Below, piece by piece: positions 1 to 10,111 of a stretch of 64,000 bases of DNA. Within the stretch, counting starts at the first letter, position 1. Every line of letters begins with the position of its first letter. A program made the position numbers and the translations under genes. A model generated the notes under the pieces. The model did not search any database, was not told where the DNA came from, and saw only the letters and a program-made list of their open reading frames with translations. The DNA comes from a virus. Location: positions 64,001 to 128,000 of the IMG/VR virus record IMGVR_UViG_3300046779_001412; one strand, 5' to 3'.

Positions 1-524
1 CCGTACTCTTTGTGCCATATCTTACACATTCGTTCGGTTTGCAATTTGTAACTGCCATACAGAGTAAGAGGATCGCACAGTGATTCTTCATTAGGTTGTC
101 CATTAAACTTGTTAAAATCACCATATACCATGGAACTGCTGGCTAGAACAAATCTATCTACTTTGTATTTTACACATAATTCCAGAGCCAAAGCAGTTGC
201 CGCAACCATGTTAACTGTAGCATCAACTACATTTTTCTTTACCATCTTGGCATTGGGATACGTGGCAAGATCAATCACACGCTCAGGTTGAACTTCCATA
301 AAAACACGATTCATAAAATCAGAATCTGTCACATCACCAAACCAGATGCCATGATCTCCAATGTAATCAACCCGCTGTTTCATGACTGCATCAAATTCCC
401 ATTTAGGATACTCACCGTAGTCATGATGACAGTCAACTACATGTACGTTATGTCCTTGATCCAACAGCATCTTGGTTGTATGATGTCCAATAAAACCGTG
501 ACCACCAAGTACGAGTATTTTCAT
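1..524 (-). CDS. NAD-dependent epimerase/dehydratase (runs off the window edge)
   Basis: Manual translation from ATG 524: MKILVLGGHGFIG Rossmann motif, later YGSYK (YxxxK); not in ORF track. Confidence 0.85.
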   Translation of the reverse strand, partial: MKILVLGGHGFIGHHTTKMLLDQGHNVHVVDCHHDYGEYPKWEFDAVMKQRVDYIGDHGIWFGDVTDSDFMNRVFMEVQPERVIDLATYPNAKMVKKNVVDATVNMVAATALALELCVKYKVDRFVLASSSMVYGDFNKFNGQPNEESLCDPLTLYGSYKLQTERMCKIWHKEY

Positions 525-1564
525 TTCAGTGCCTTTGCTATGTGTTCTACTTCTTCGTCAGTGAGAGAATGTTGATTTGGAACTGTAAAAGAGACTTCTT
601 TAAGTTGTGAGCTTGCGTGTAGTTCATTGAAACTCTTGTACAAAGGCTCGTCATTTATCAAATTGTTGTAATGTACAGTAGTAGAAACATTGTGATCTAA
701 CAAATGTTGCAAGTAGCCATCACGATCAAAACTTTGAAATACTAATTTTTGATGTCCATGTTTGATGATTGTTTGGTCAGTGGCTGCAGGCAATTTACAA
801 GCAGATATCAAATGGTTGGCTATGTGTTGTCGACGATCGCGCCATTGTTCAGATCTATCCAGTGCAGCCCAAATGCATGCAGCTTCAAATCCACTGATCA
901 TTGAGTTCATTCCAGCATGATACGATGTGTGTTGTTTGTTATACCTACCATGCAACCGTAATGCTTTGGCTTTAAGAGCAACTTCAATATCATCAGTGAA
1001 CAGTGCACCACCACTACCCCAACTAGATATAGGTTTACTTGGACTAAAGCTCACGCAACTGATATCACCAAAGCTGGCACTGTATGCGCCATGCCAGCTT
1101 TCCATGCTCTGTGCAGCATCGTTTATGACGGGAATGTTGAGCTTTTGCAGTGCACTCCAGTCGCTCATGTTGCCAAACATGTCTGCTACCACAACAGCGC
1201 GAGCAGTGGTAGGTATTTGGCTTGCATCAATACAGTAATTAGAGTTAACATCAACTGGGTGTACACGATATCCTGCTCGAGCAACAGCATGAGCAGTGGC
1301 CACAAAGGTATAGTTAGACACGGCTACAACACTGCCCGAAGGCAAGTTCAAACAAGTTAATGCAATAATCAATGCGTCAGTGCAACTAGCAGTGGTAACA
1401 CAGTATCTACGATTGTAAAGTTCTGCCAAACGTTGTTCAAGCTTGCCTACCAGACGTGTGTTCTGTGCCTGACCATTGGCACTGTCTTGATCAACAAGAT
1501 CAAAAACTTGGTTGCGTATTTGTTGCCAGTTGCGCTCGTTTTGGAACAAAGCAATTTTATTCAC
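521..1564 (-). CDS. DegT/DnrJ/EryC1/StrS PLP-dependent sugar aminotransferase
   Basis: SCTDAL, DAAQS, SFSPSKP motifs. Confidence 0.9.
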   Translation of the reverse strand: MNKIALFQNERNWQQIRNQVFDLVDQDSANGQAQNTRLVGKLEQRLAELYNRRYCVTTASCTDALIIALTCLNLPSGSVVAVSNYTFVATAHAVARAGYRVHPVDVNSNYCIDASQIPTTARAVVVADMFGNMSDWSALQKLNIPVINDAAQSMESWHGAYSASFGDISCVSFSPSKPISSWGSGGALFTDDIEVALKAKALRLHGRYNKQHTSYHAGMNSMISGFEAACIWAALDRSEQWRDRRQHIANHLISACKLPAATDQTIIKHGHQKLVFQSFDRDGYLQHLLDHNVSTTVHYNNLINDEPLYKSFNELHASSQLKEVSFTVPNQHSLTDEEVEHIAKALK

Positions 1565-2186
1565 AGTGACTCACTAGATCAAAGTTTTCAGCATACTTGA
1601 ATCCATGTTTGACTCCTGATGCCATGTTATCTCTGCGAATGTTTTCAATAGCATCATAATCCAAGTAACTGCTGTAACACTCTAGCAATTGTTGTTTGAA
1701 GTCCCAGTGATCACTGATGTCTATTGTGATACGTGGCTGCGAACGATGCCAAGCACGATATGGCCAATGACACATGGTCCATATCTCACGGGCACGATTT
1801 TTCAACAGCGGAAATGCCAAGTCGTATGTGGATCTGTGATCTTGATGACTGTCTTCGGGACTTGGTAATATTGCCAAGTCACAATCGCTGATGTATTTGC
1901 TCATCTCAGTCATGGTGATGTTGTTGCATACTAAATTTGGACGACCGTTAGAGTGTAAATCTGTTTTCATGACCGAACATTTCCAGCCGCTGATGTCATA
2001 ACTGGTGTGTAGTTCTTGCCAAACTATTCGATCGCTGCGTTTACGATTGTCCTCAACACTGGGACGCACAGCAACGATACTGGTAATCTCGGCTCCTTGC
2101 AGTTGCCAACGACGTAGCGAACCTGCGCAAGCAATTTCAACATCGTCAGGGTGTGCTGATACTACTGTTATTTTTTGTCGGGCCAT
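1557..2186 (-). CDS. PIG-L/LmbE family deacetylase
   Basis: AHPDDVE and HQDH motifs. Confidence 0.85.
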   Translation of the reverse strand: MARQKITVVSAHPDDVEIACAGSLRRWQLQGAEITSIVAVRPSVEDNRKRSDRIVWQELHTSYDISGWKCSVMKTDLHSNGRPNLVCNNITMTEMSKYISDCDLAILPSPEDSHQDHRSTYDLAFPLLKNRAREIWTMCHWPYRAWHRSQPRITIDISDHWDFKQQLLECYSSYLDYDAIENIRRDNMASGVKHGFKYAENFDLVSHCE

Positions 2187-2413
2187 CTTAGTAAGTATTC
2201 TGTGATTTCAAGCGGATTGTCAATACTGCCAGTGATAGCCACATGATGTCCAAAATTGCTATAATCTGACACAGTTTGCCAGGCTAGATCCTTGCAACGT
2301 TCCGTAACCCAGCGGCCTTGTTCAGTTTTCTGCCATGCATCTATTGGGTAACTAGCATAGATCTCTATATCTTCAACGTCGCCCATCTTGAATGTATGAA
2401 AAGTAAATTTCAT
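2168..2413 (-). CDS. small hypothetical protein (C-terminal F/YxL(K/R)W family)
   Basis: Overlaps both neighbours in operon; ends EYLLRW. Confidence 0.6.
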   Translation of the reverse strand: MKFTFHTFKMGDVEDIEIYASYPIDAWQKTEQGRWVTERCKDLAWQTVSDYSNFGHHVAITGSIDNPLEITEYLLRWPDKK

Positions 2414-3060
2414 TGTGCTATAATTTTCAAAAAGTTTTCAGCAAAAATTTTATGTTGTGCAGGACCTGGATGCATGTTATCTGTACCAAGATCAATCCAA
2501 GTTTTAGGGCCTCGGCAAACTTGATGAAATTCTCTTATCTTATAAAGTTGATCAGCTTGTTCTACGTCATATATTACACTGAGCACTATTAAACGTGCAC
2601 CAACTGCCTGGCAAAAGTTTTCAGCTCTTCGCACAGCCTGTATGTTATGATACACTAAAGTGGTGCTCAACAGCAAGTCTATTGGAAACTCTTGATTTAT
2701 TTCAGCATGTAATTTATACTCGCCAGGGGTAAGATGGAACAGTTGATTGTTTCGTATTACCGGCAATCTGGGTTGTGTGGTCAATGCCCATAATATTAAA
2801 TCATCTTGCCTAATCTGACTCTGGCATATTTGATCACTTTGCCACAATATGCTACTGCCTTCTGCACATAGATCTGTGTAGGGTAAGTTCAGCGTGCAAC
2901 TAACACATTCTTTCCATGTTTGATCAAGTGCCACACCTACTCCAACTGTGACACTGCATCCAACTGCCCAAAACTGCCGGTTGGCAACTCTAGGGCTTCC
3001 TGATTTTATATGAGAAATTGCTTGATAGTGAGCTGCATGACCAAGATCCAGGTTGGGCAT
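2410..3060 (-). CDS. SGNH/GDSL-like hypothetical protein
   Basis: GCSVTVG and C-terminal DNMHPG motifs. Confidence 0.55.
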   Translation of the reverse strand: MPNLDLGHAAHYQAISHIKSGSPRVANRQFWAVGCSVTVGVGVALDQTWKECVSCTLNLPYTDLCAEGSSILWQSDQICQSQIRQDDLILWALTTQPRLPVIRNNQLFHLTPGEYKLHAEINQEFPIDLLLSTTLVYHNIQAVRRAENFCQAVGARLIVLSVIYDVEQADQLYKIREFHQVCRGPKTWIDLGTDNMHPGPAQHKIFAENFLKIIAQ

Positions 3061-3069
3061 GTCTTAACC

Positions 3070-3720
3070 TTATTGATAACTGATCAACGGGAAGATTTTG
3101 GCAATAACTTCAGCACAGGCCAAAGCTATTTCTTGATGTTCTTTTTGAGTGCCATGAGCACGACGTAGATCAATGTAATGCACCCACGAACGCAATGTGC
3201 CGTTCATGTATAATCTGCTTTCGATTAATCCTTCTGGTAAAACAGCACGAGCTTGTTCTTTGGCAATACCGTTTTCAATAGCCCAGTTATAGGCCATACG
3301 TGCTTCGGTAATAACATTGTTCTGCCACCGACGCCATTGCTGTTGTAAGTCGTCATCGTTGGTTTCTATGCTGTTCTGTCGATTAGTAGTGTCCTGGAGT
3401 CGTGCCTCTCTATACACAAAGTCAAGGTCTTTTGTTGGATCAGCGTAACGTTGACTAAATTCTTGAAAGCTAAAACTACGATGTCTCAACATCTGCCGGG
3501 CAATGTCGCGTGTGGTATGAATTTCAAGACAAGCTGAAACCATTTCCAATGGACTCCAGTGTTGATGTTTGATCAAATAGCGAATAAGTTTTTCGCTGGT
3601 TTCACTATTGGTTTGGTTACTTGGATTACTCACACGAGCGCAAAAGGCAATGAGCTCTTGCGCATCTAGCACACCCGGAATATCAACCGGCTGACTATAG
3701 CTAATTAATTTAACTTTCAT
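3070..3720 (-). CDS. thyX: flavin-dependent thymidylate synthase
   Basis: RHRSFSFQEFSQRY signature. Confidence 0.95.
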   Translation of the reverse strand: MKVKLISYSQPVDIPGVLDAQELIAFCARVSNPSNQTNSETSEKLIRYLIKHQHWSPLEMVSACLEIHTTRDIARQMLRHRSFSFQEFSQRYADPTKDLDFVYREARLQDTTNRQNSIETNDDDLQQQWRRWQNNVITEARMAYNWAIENGIAKEQARAVLPEGLIESRLYMNGTLRSWVHYIDLRRAHGTQKEHQEIALACAEVIAKIFPLISYQ

Positions 3721-4025
3721 TGAAGTCCGTTTAGGATTTTGTTGGTGTGTGGTTGGACCATCTCTGCTACTGCTGGAATATCAAGCACAAACTCTACATC
3801 ATGTACGTCGTCGCTGAGTTCGGCTAACTGTCTTGTAATCAAGATCTCAATTTCCTCCAAGGCCAGACCTTGCTTTTTCAAGGTCTGGAAGTTGATGGTT
3901 TTGCGTCGTCGTCCGTCTAGTCTGATTATGACTTTTTTAATGCATTCCAAGGGCACTGCTGTTTTTTCATCAATACCTGAAATGATGTGCTCCCAACGGG
4001 AAAGGAAATCATCACTGAGATTCAT
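3717..4025 (-). CDS. hypothetical protein
   Basis: Operon-coupled ORF. Confidence 0.65.
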   Translation of the reverse strand: MNLSDDFLSRWEHIISGIDEKTAVPLECIKKVIIRLDGRRRKTINFQTLKKQGLALEEIEILITRQLAELSDDVHDVEFVLDIPAVAEMVQPHTNKILNGLQ

Positions 4026-4722
4026 GAGCCACTGCTACCTGTTTTTTTGGTCGTCCAACTGGACGTGGTTTGGTGGCGGTGGTATCTTGGGGTATCTCCT
4101 TGGGAAAAGCATTGGGATATAAATTTTCAGCTTCTTTTTTCATGCGTTTGGCCTCGGCTACCATACTATGTGCTTCCAGCTCCATGCGTTTGGCCTGTGC
4201 TAACATATTGTTTGCAATATCTTGATCACTTAGTGCTGAGTTGTTACTGGCCTGCACAGGTGCCTGTGCTGTTCTACTGGCCTTGTATTCAGCTTCAGCC
4301 GCTCGCTTGGTTGGAGCATCAACAAGCCCACGGTTGGCATCTGCAGCCGCAAGTTTTTTTCTAGCTTCGTCACCGGTTTTCATTTCAGCCAACATCTTGT
4401 TGAGTTCATCAAGACGCACAGTGCTGGAAGTGGTAGGAGTCATGATGATCTGTTCGGTATTGACTTTTTTCAACATACCTTCACGATGTAGTGTTTCAAG
4501 AATGTTACGTCCATCAGGCAGTAGATTACGATGCAGTGCGTCTGCAAACTCTTCTGCTTGTTGTCCAACATCGCTTTCTAGTACTTTCATTATAGAGTCA
4601 TGCCAATGTGCAGGCAAGGTTTCTGGATAGATAACCAAGCACATATGATCCATGCCTGGAATAGTGCGGAATACCACAGCCGCCTTACGGTCATTGTGTC
4701 TTCCAATGTGTTTCATAAACAT
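4012..4722 (-). CDS. hypothetical protein with coiled-coil, basic C-terminus
   Basis: GGAG RBS; 236 aa ORF. Confidence 0.7.
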   Translation of the reverse strand: MFMKHIGRHNDRKAAVVFRTIPGMDHMCLVIYPETLPAHWHDSIMKVLESDVGQQAEEFADALHRNLLPDGRNILETLHREGMLKKVNTEQIIMTPTTSSTVRLDELNKMLAEMKTGDEARKKLAAADANRGLVDAPTKRAAEAEYKASRTAQAPVQASNNSALSDQDIANNMLAQAKRMELEAHSMVAEAKRMKKEAENLYPNAFPKEIPQDTTATKPRPVGRPKKQVAVAHESQ

Positions 4723-4723
4723 G

Positions 4724-4978
4724 TTATTCTCCTTGTGTGGGTGCTTCAGTTACTGGCGCATCAGCTTGCTGTGGATTTTCTACATGCTGTAAAAAGGCAC
4801 TCAAACGATTAAATGCTGTACCCACTGTCTGCATTTCTTCTGCTTTGAAAGCACCACGACTACTGGCCAATTGGATACAGGAACGTAGCACCTGTAGATC
4901 TTGAATGTTTACTGATGGCGGTTCCTGCTGTTCTGAGACGTGTGTGTCTGTTGTTTGTTCGGTTGTTGTTTGTTCCAT
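4724..4978 (-). CDS. hypothetical protein
   Basis: Start moved to ATG 4978, downstream of TAAATA and GGAG. Confidence 0.65.
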   Translation of the reverse strand: MEQTTTEQTTDTHVSEQQEPPSVNIQDLQVLRSCIQLASSRGAFKAEEMQTVGTAFNRLSAFLQHVENPQQADAPVTEAPTQGE

Positions 4979-5007
4979 TATTTTCTCCCTATAGATATTT
5001 AACCAAG

Positions 5008-5035
5008 AAAAAACCGCAGATGTAAAATCTGCGGT
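5008..5035 (-). terminator. intrinsic terminator
   Basis: ACCGCAGAT/ATCTGCGGT stem plus U tract. Confidence 0.7.
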
Positions 5036-5052
5036 GGTTTTGGCAAAATTAA

Positions 5053-6318
5053 TCAGCTTTTGCTGGGCTGTTCGTAGTAAGCGTATTGTCCCCAGGGAGG
5101 CACAATCTCCTTGGTACCGTGCAAGATCCACAGAGTGTCTGCATAGTTTTCGTCACCCCAGGATCCAAATGGATAGCCATCTGTGAACACCACCAAACGC
5201 TTGGGTTCAATGTGTTCTTTCTTAAGGTACTCAAACACACAGTCAAAGTCAGTGCCACCACCGCCATCAATTTCATAGTCACATATAGTATCTAAATTGT
5301 CTGATGTATAGGTCACCGGATTGTAGGCTTCGGTATCAAATGTGATGACATGTATGCGGAATGCTTGGAACTGATCCATGATGCCTTGTACCTCGCTAAG
5401 GAAGTCTCGCAGCATGGTCTCGCCTATAGATCCTGACGCATCAATCGCAACCGCAATATCAATCTGCTCGTCGTTACGCATGCCAGGCATGATAGCATCC
5501 ATGTGCCAGCCCTTGCGACTTGCTCGCATCCAACTAAAGTCACTCTTGATTGTGCTTTCTAAATTGAGCCGCAGCAGTTCGCGCCAGTTCAGCGCAGGCT
5601 CAGTTAAGTCTTTGATCAGACGTCGGACACCAAGCGGAATGTTACCAGCTTCGGAGGTGCTAGCGGCATTAAGCACTGCTTCTTTAATTTCGTCACGGAT
5701 CTTAGCACGTTCTTCGTCACTGATCTTGGGACGACCTTTACCATCTTCATCGCCATCCGCACCAAGACCGTCCATGTGATCATCTAGGAGTTTGTCAATC
5801 AATCCTTCTAGATCTAGTTTTTCTGCGTTTTCATAAAGCAGGTCATATACTTCCTCTGAACTCTTGCCGTCATACTTTGAATCATACAAACAGGGCACAG
5901 TGGTGATAAACTGTCCAACGTTATGTTTCTTAAGGTCAGAGTTCACGCAGTAGTCGTTGGCAATATTCCATAACTGCGGATCGCGAGATCCACGACGTCC
6001 AAAGTGATCGTAAACCACGTGCAACACCTCGTGTCCAAACAAAAACTCAAGCTCGCGTGGTGATAACATCTTGATAAACTCGGAATTGAAATAAAAGTTG
6101 CGACCGTCTGTAGCAGCAGTGGAGCACCATTCATTAGCAGGAACCAATTTTAGTCGGGTAGCCAGGTTGCCAAAAAAGCTCGACTTCAGCAACAAGCCAA
6201 TCCTAGCGGTTCTTAGCAATTCAATGACATTTTCTAGTTCTTGTCCTTTGGGATTTGGGCCAATCAAATCACGGAACTTGCTGCTGATTTCTTTCTTGTT
6301 TTCTGTAGTCTGTGCCAT
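5053..6318 (-). CDS. metallopeptidase-like plus vWA domain protein (MoxR partner)
   Basis: HEVLH, DASGS MIDAS, GGGGTDF, FTDG; start at ATG 6318 after GGAG. Confidence 0.85.
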   Translation of the reverse strand: MAQTTENKKEISSKFRDLIGPNPKGQELENVIELLRTARIGLLLKSSFFGNLATRLKLVPANEWCSTAATDGRNFYFNSEFIKMLSPRELEFLFGHEVLHVVYDHFGRRGSRDPQLWNIANDYCVNSDLKKHNVGQFITTVPCLYDSKYDGKSSEEVYDLLYENAEKLDLEGLIDKLLDDHMDGLGADGDEDGKGRPKISDEERAKIRDEIKEAVLNAASTSEAGNIPLGVRRLIKDLTEPALNWRELLRLNLESTIKSDFSWMRASRKGWHMDAIMPGMRNDEQIDIAVAIDASGSIGETMLRDFLSEVQGIMDQFQAFRIHVITFDTEAYNPVTYTSDNLDTICDYEIDGGGGTDFDCVFEYLKKEHIEPKRLVVFTDGYPFGSWGDENYADTLWILHGTKEIVPPWGQYAYYEQPSKS

Positions 6319-6343
6319 ATACGCTCCTAGTAACAATATCAAT

Positions 6344-6372
6344 ATTATACATAATAATGAATTACTGGTCAA
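6344..6372 (-). promoter_or_regulatory. sigma70-type promoter
   Basis: TTGACC-17-TATAAT. Confidence 0.8.
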
Positions 6373-6757
6373 CCTTGTGCGCTAACTTGAAAAACGCAAC
6401 TTCTTTGTCGGTTGCACAGTATATTCTTAGATCTCCGCCATCGCGTCCATTGGTCCAACTCCAATGCTCACTTACAATGTCTTTTGGGAGTTCATCACTT
6501 TGTACCGGCATTGGTAATCGTTTGCGCCAAAGAGTAGCAGCGGCTTGAGTAAAATTGTAGTAAGAAACAATATCTACCCATGCTCTAACTTCTGCACTGT
6601 AGCCATAGGTTTTTTCAAACCATTGTTTGGCTCGGTTGAATTCAATAGCTCTAAGAGCTGCACTGGATTGACCAGTTATTTCAATCATGTAGGAAAAGTA
6701 CGTGTTGTAATTAAACCTAGCATCTAGCTTAGAAACTTTAAATTTAGATATTGGCAT
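6362..6757 (-). CDS. hypothetical protein
   Basis: ORF ending VAFFKLAH; start uncertain. Confidence 0.6.
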   Translation of the reverse strand: MPISKFKVSKLDARFNYNTYFSYMIEITGQSSAALRAIEFNRAKQWFEKTYGYSAEVRAWVDIVSYYNFTQAAATLWRKRLPMPVQSDELPKDIVSEHWSWTNGRDGGDLRIYCATDKEVAFFKLAHKVDQ

Positions 6758-6992
6758 GGGCTTCACCAAGATATTTAAGACAAAAGATCAATGCATCGTT
6801 CCTGTCTCTAATATAAAAATTAAGTTGCCAGTTATTGTCGTGATTTTCATCAGCTGGCACTTTGAAAAACCAACGCGGTGATTCACCATACGTAGGTCCA
6901 AATTCCTTACGCAAACTTTCAAGCATTTCACTTACCTGTTTATGACTGTAAGGCGTAAAGGTTTTTCTAATAACAATATATTCTTCGAACAT
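6744..6992 (-). CDS. small hypothetical protein
   Basis: ORF with DALIFCLKY motif. Confidence 0.6.
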   Translation of the reverse strand: MFEEYIVIRKTFTPYSHKQVSEMLESLRKEFGPTYGESPRWFFKVPADENHDNNWQLNFYIRDRNDALIFCLKYLGEAHANI

Positions 6993-7016
6993 GCTACACG
7001 GACCTAAATATGCTTG

Positions 7017-7964
7017 ATGTTTGAAATATGTAGACCTTGGGATAGACTCAGTGCTGCTGTTGTTGGCAGCGCATGGAGTCCTGCACGTTTTGATTGGGTA
7101 GAGATCTCACAAATCCGCAGCGAGCTAGAAATTATAGCACAAGAAACCCAAGAAGATCTAGACAACTTGGCTAGTATGTTAACATCTCTGGGCGTTGAAG
7201 TGTATCGACCTAACATGGATCTAGTATCAACTAAGGCACTACCTCCTGTGGCACCACGCGATGATTTGTTGATGTTAAACAGTAGTTTTTGTGTGTTAAA
7301 CAATGAAAGATCTCCTGGTTACCAACATATAGTTGATCTTGTGCAAGAAAAGCATAATCCAGTTATTATACACAACACTCCGGATATACACAGCGCCAAT
7401 GTTTATGATCTTGGCGATTGCATTTATTACAGCGTGGATGATATTCAACATCTTAGCCAATCCGAAAACTGGTTTGCGCAACACTGCCCTGGTCGCAATC
7501 GAAGACGCTATTACAATATTGGACATCTTGATGGCTGGTGGTGTGCTCCTGTACCTGGCATAATTGCAGCCAGTCGTGACCACGCTCAACATGCCTTGCA
7601 ACAACTTTTCTTTCGACACCATTTTCCTGATTGGCAAGTGATTTATCTCAATGAAACTTTTGCTGGAGTTCTTGATAGAACTTGGTGCAGTGATCGTCAT
7701 CCTGCCCACGGTGAATTCGCTATCTGGGCCAACAGCAATATTAGTAGTTGGCTTGGTTGCGCTAGCGAAACTGTGTTTGAAATCAACATGTTGGTTATAG
7801 ATCAAACTCTTGTAATTACTGGACAAGATCATGCTGAACTCCGTAATACATTAAAACAAAAAGGGTGCCACCTTTTAGTAGCACCCTTGCGACATCAAAC
7901 ATTCTGGGATCTGGGCATACACTGTGCCACCGCAGATCTAGCTAGAATTAGGAATTCGCACTAG
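7017..7964 (+). CDS. amidinotransferase-like (pentein fold) protein
   Basis: PRDD, GHLDG, GIHCAT motifs; preceded by TAAATA. Confidence 0.75.
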   Translation: MFEICRPWDRLSAAVVGSAWSPARFDWVEISQIRSELEIIAQETQEDLDNLASMLTSLGVEVYRPNMDLVSTKALPPVAPRDDLLMLNSSFCVLNNERSPGYQHIVDLVQEKHNPVIIHNTPDIHSANVYDLGDCIYYSVDDIQHLSQSENWFAQHCPGRNRRRYYNIGHLDGWWCAPVPGIIAASRDHAQHALQQLFFRHHFPDWQVIYLNETFAGVLDRTWCSDRHPAHGEFAIWANSNISSWLGCASETVFEINMLVIDQTLVITGQDHAELRNTLKQKGCHLLVAPLRHQTFWDLGIHCATADLARIRNSH

Positions 7965-9039
7965 CACTTAAAATGTACTTGCCATAACGCTCATGGAACT
8001 CGTCGAAGTTCTTGAGCTTGCTGGGCTGGAACGGAAGATCATATGTTGTCAGCGCCACACGAGCACCCATCACAACAATCTCAGTTTCAAAATTGTCCAT
8101 CATGAAACGGAAGAAGTTGTCTGCCATGTCATTGAATTTTTTATCATCAACGCCATTACCATGCGCATCCTTTAGTTCATAGCACATTGAAGTAACCAAA
8201 GAGTACATAGCTGACACTTCTTTGACCTTGAGCTCTTTGACTTTGCCAGCAAGAATATCTTCAGGCTTGGGCATCTTAGCAGCTACCTTGCGGTGAGCTG
8301 CAAACTTCACAGCAAGACCTTCTCCAACAGTACCTGCTATTAGGTTGGTTGCAGTGTCATCATCAAGATCCTCGTCCGCAAGAATCTCACTTACAAAGGT
8401 CCACGTGCGCGGTGTTGCAAACGCACGACTAGCAGACTTAGAGTCAAAGTCATACAAATCTTGCTTGGCAAAGCTCAGATAACCAACCACGTCCTGGTGA
8501 ATCTTATTAGCAACTGCCCACTCTTGCCAGCATGCAAAGTCCTGCTTGAGTTCTTGGTGAATAAAACGGTTAGCCAACGGAGTAGGCATGCGATATGTTA
8601 CACCCTTGTCCGACTCACGGTTACCTGCTGCAATCATAACCACGTTGTCAGGTAGTTTATACTTGCCAATGCGCCGATTCAAGATTAACTGATAGGCCGC
8701 TGCCTGTACCGCAGGTGCTGCTGAGTTAAGCTCGTCCAGGAACAATACAACAATAGGATATTGTGATGCTAATTCTTCATCTGGCAAATCAATTGGAGGA
8801 GCCCAGTCCATCTTACCAAGTTCTTTGTTGTAAAACGGAATACCACGAATGTCTGTGGGCTCCATCTGACCCAAGCGAAGGTCAATCATGAAACCACGCA
8901 TGTCGTTGGTTACTTGTGCTACCACATCACTCTTGCCAATACCAGGAGCTCCCCAAAGGAAAATGGGACGCTTCACTGCAAAGGCTTTGTTGATGCTGCG
9001 GCGTGCTTGCTTAATAGTTACGGTACGTGTATCTGACAT
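7948..9039 (-). CDS. MoxR-like AAA+ ATPase
   Basis: Walker A GAPGIGKS, Walker B LFLDE, AAGN, NRF. Confidence 0.9.
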   Translation of the reverse strand: MSDTRTVTIKQARRSINKAFAVKRPIFLWGAPGIGKSDVVAQVTNDMRGFMIDLRLGQMEPTDIRGIPFYNKELGKMDWAPPIDLPDEELASQYPIVVLFLDELNSAAPAVQAAAYQLILNRRIGKYKLPDNVVMIAAGNRESDKGVTYRMPTPLANRFIHQELKQDFACWQEWAVANKIHQDVVGYLSFAKQDLYDFDSKSASRAFATPRTWTFVSEILADEDLDDDTATNLIAGTVGEGLAVKFAAHRKVAAKMPKPEDILAGKVKELKVKEVSAMYSLVTSMCYELKDAHGNGVDDKKFNDMADNFFRFMMDNFETEIVVMGARVALTTYDLPFQPSKLKNFDEFHERYGKYILSASANS

Positions 9040-9068
9040 TTTGGCTCCTTGTTAACATTACATCTAGT

Positions 9069-9097
9069 ATTATACAAAAACATGTTTTAATGGTCAA
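9069..9097 (-). promoter_or_regulatory. sigma70-type promoter
   Basis: TTGACC-17-TATAAT. Confidence 0.8.
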
Positions 9098-9743
9098 ACA
9101 CTTTCACTCTGTTTAATTGAGTGCTGTCTGTCTTGTGTGCCTTTACTGTGCCATGTATTTGGCACTCTTTGCCAGGCTGCATGGCTTCTTTGAAGGCAAA
9201 AAACACAACATGGTTACAACTGGTTTTGGCAGTGATAAAATTTAGCTGGTACTTTTCACTATATATTGTTCTCACAACGATGATATCACGGGTAATTCGC
9301 TCACCTACTGTGGCCAGTGGTTGGCTGATGGTGTCCTGCAAAAGAGTTTCTTCATAGATACTGTTTTTCCAACGAGGTATCTGGCTTACAATCACATTCA
9401 TGTCTGTGGAATTTTGTCGTTCAAAATTTTCAAGAGTCAGACATTGTATTAATCTATGTTCAAAACCATTCAAGTCAGATTTCAAAGCTCTGAACATGTA
9501 ACGCTTTTGCAAAAACAGTCTGGCATCGCGACCATTGGTGTAATCAAATTCAGTTAATTGTTCTAGGTCTTTTAAACCTTCTAACATCACAGTTCTGCTA
9601 GACTTACGACCTGGACGGGCGTCGCTATCATTGCTGGGATCATAAAGCCACTCATCGTTGCGCAGATATTCGCCGTTGTTAATACGGCAAGCTCGCGCAG
9701 CCGCTGCCCAAACCTGATCAGCTGTCCATGTGGTTTTGTTCAT
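9087..9743 (-). CDS. hypothetical protein, possible C-terminal OB fold
   Basis: 218 aa ORF ending GTVKAH..TQLNRVK. Confidence 0.6.
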   Translation of the reverse strand: MNKTTWTADQVWAAAARACRINNGEYLRNDEWLYDPSNDSDARPGRKSSRTVMLEGLKDLEQLTEFDYTNGRDARLFLQKRYMFRALKSDLNGFEHRLIQCLTLENFERQNSTDMNVIVSQIPRWKNSIYEETLLQDTISQPLATVGERITRDIIVVRTIYSEKYQLNFITAKTSCNHVVFFAFKEAMQPGKECQIHGTVKAHKTDSTQLNRVKVFDH

Positions 9744-9919
9744 TGCTTTCTAAAGTGTTTAAAACTAACAAGGACCGTCGTTAGTTAAGTTTAAGGTCCG
9801 CCATTTCCATCCTGCGCTTTTCCTTACCGGGATGCCATGGTCAAGCTACGGCTCTCTAACGCTAGGCGCTTGCTTTCTGCGCCAACTCACTGTCGCTAGT
9901 GTCACAGGGCACTATAGAG

Positions 9920-10102
9920 TCAGCCTGTGCTCTGACTATACTCAATCTTGCTTAATCTATCTGCGTGAACCCATACAAACCACCCGAGTCCCAATGCACC
10001 AACTTTGACATACTCTAATCTCTTACGGAGTACTTCGCCATACACAACGCCGTGTTTTTTTGTTTTGAAAAAAACATGTTCACCTTTGTTCCAAATACGC
10101 AT
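9920..10102 (-). CDS. small hypothetical protein
   Basis: AGGAG RBS. Confidence 0.55.
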   Translation of the reverse strand: MRIWNKGEHVFFKTKKHGVVYGEVLRKRLEYVKVGALGLGWFVWVHADRLSKIEYSQSTG

Positions 10103-10111
10103 AATTGCTCC

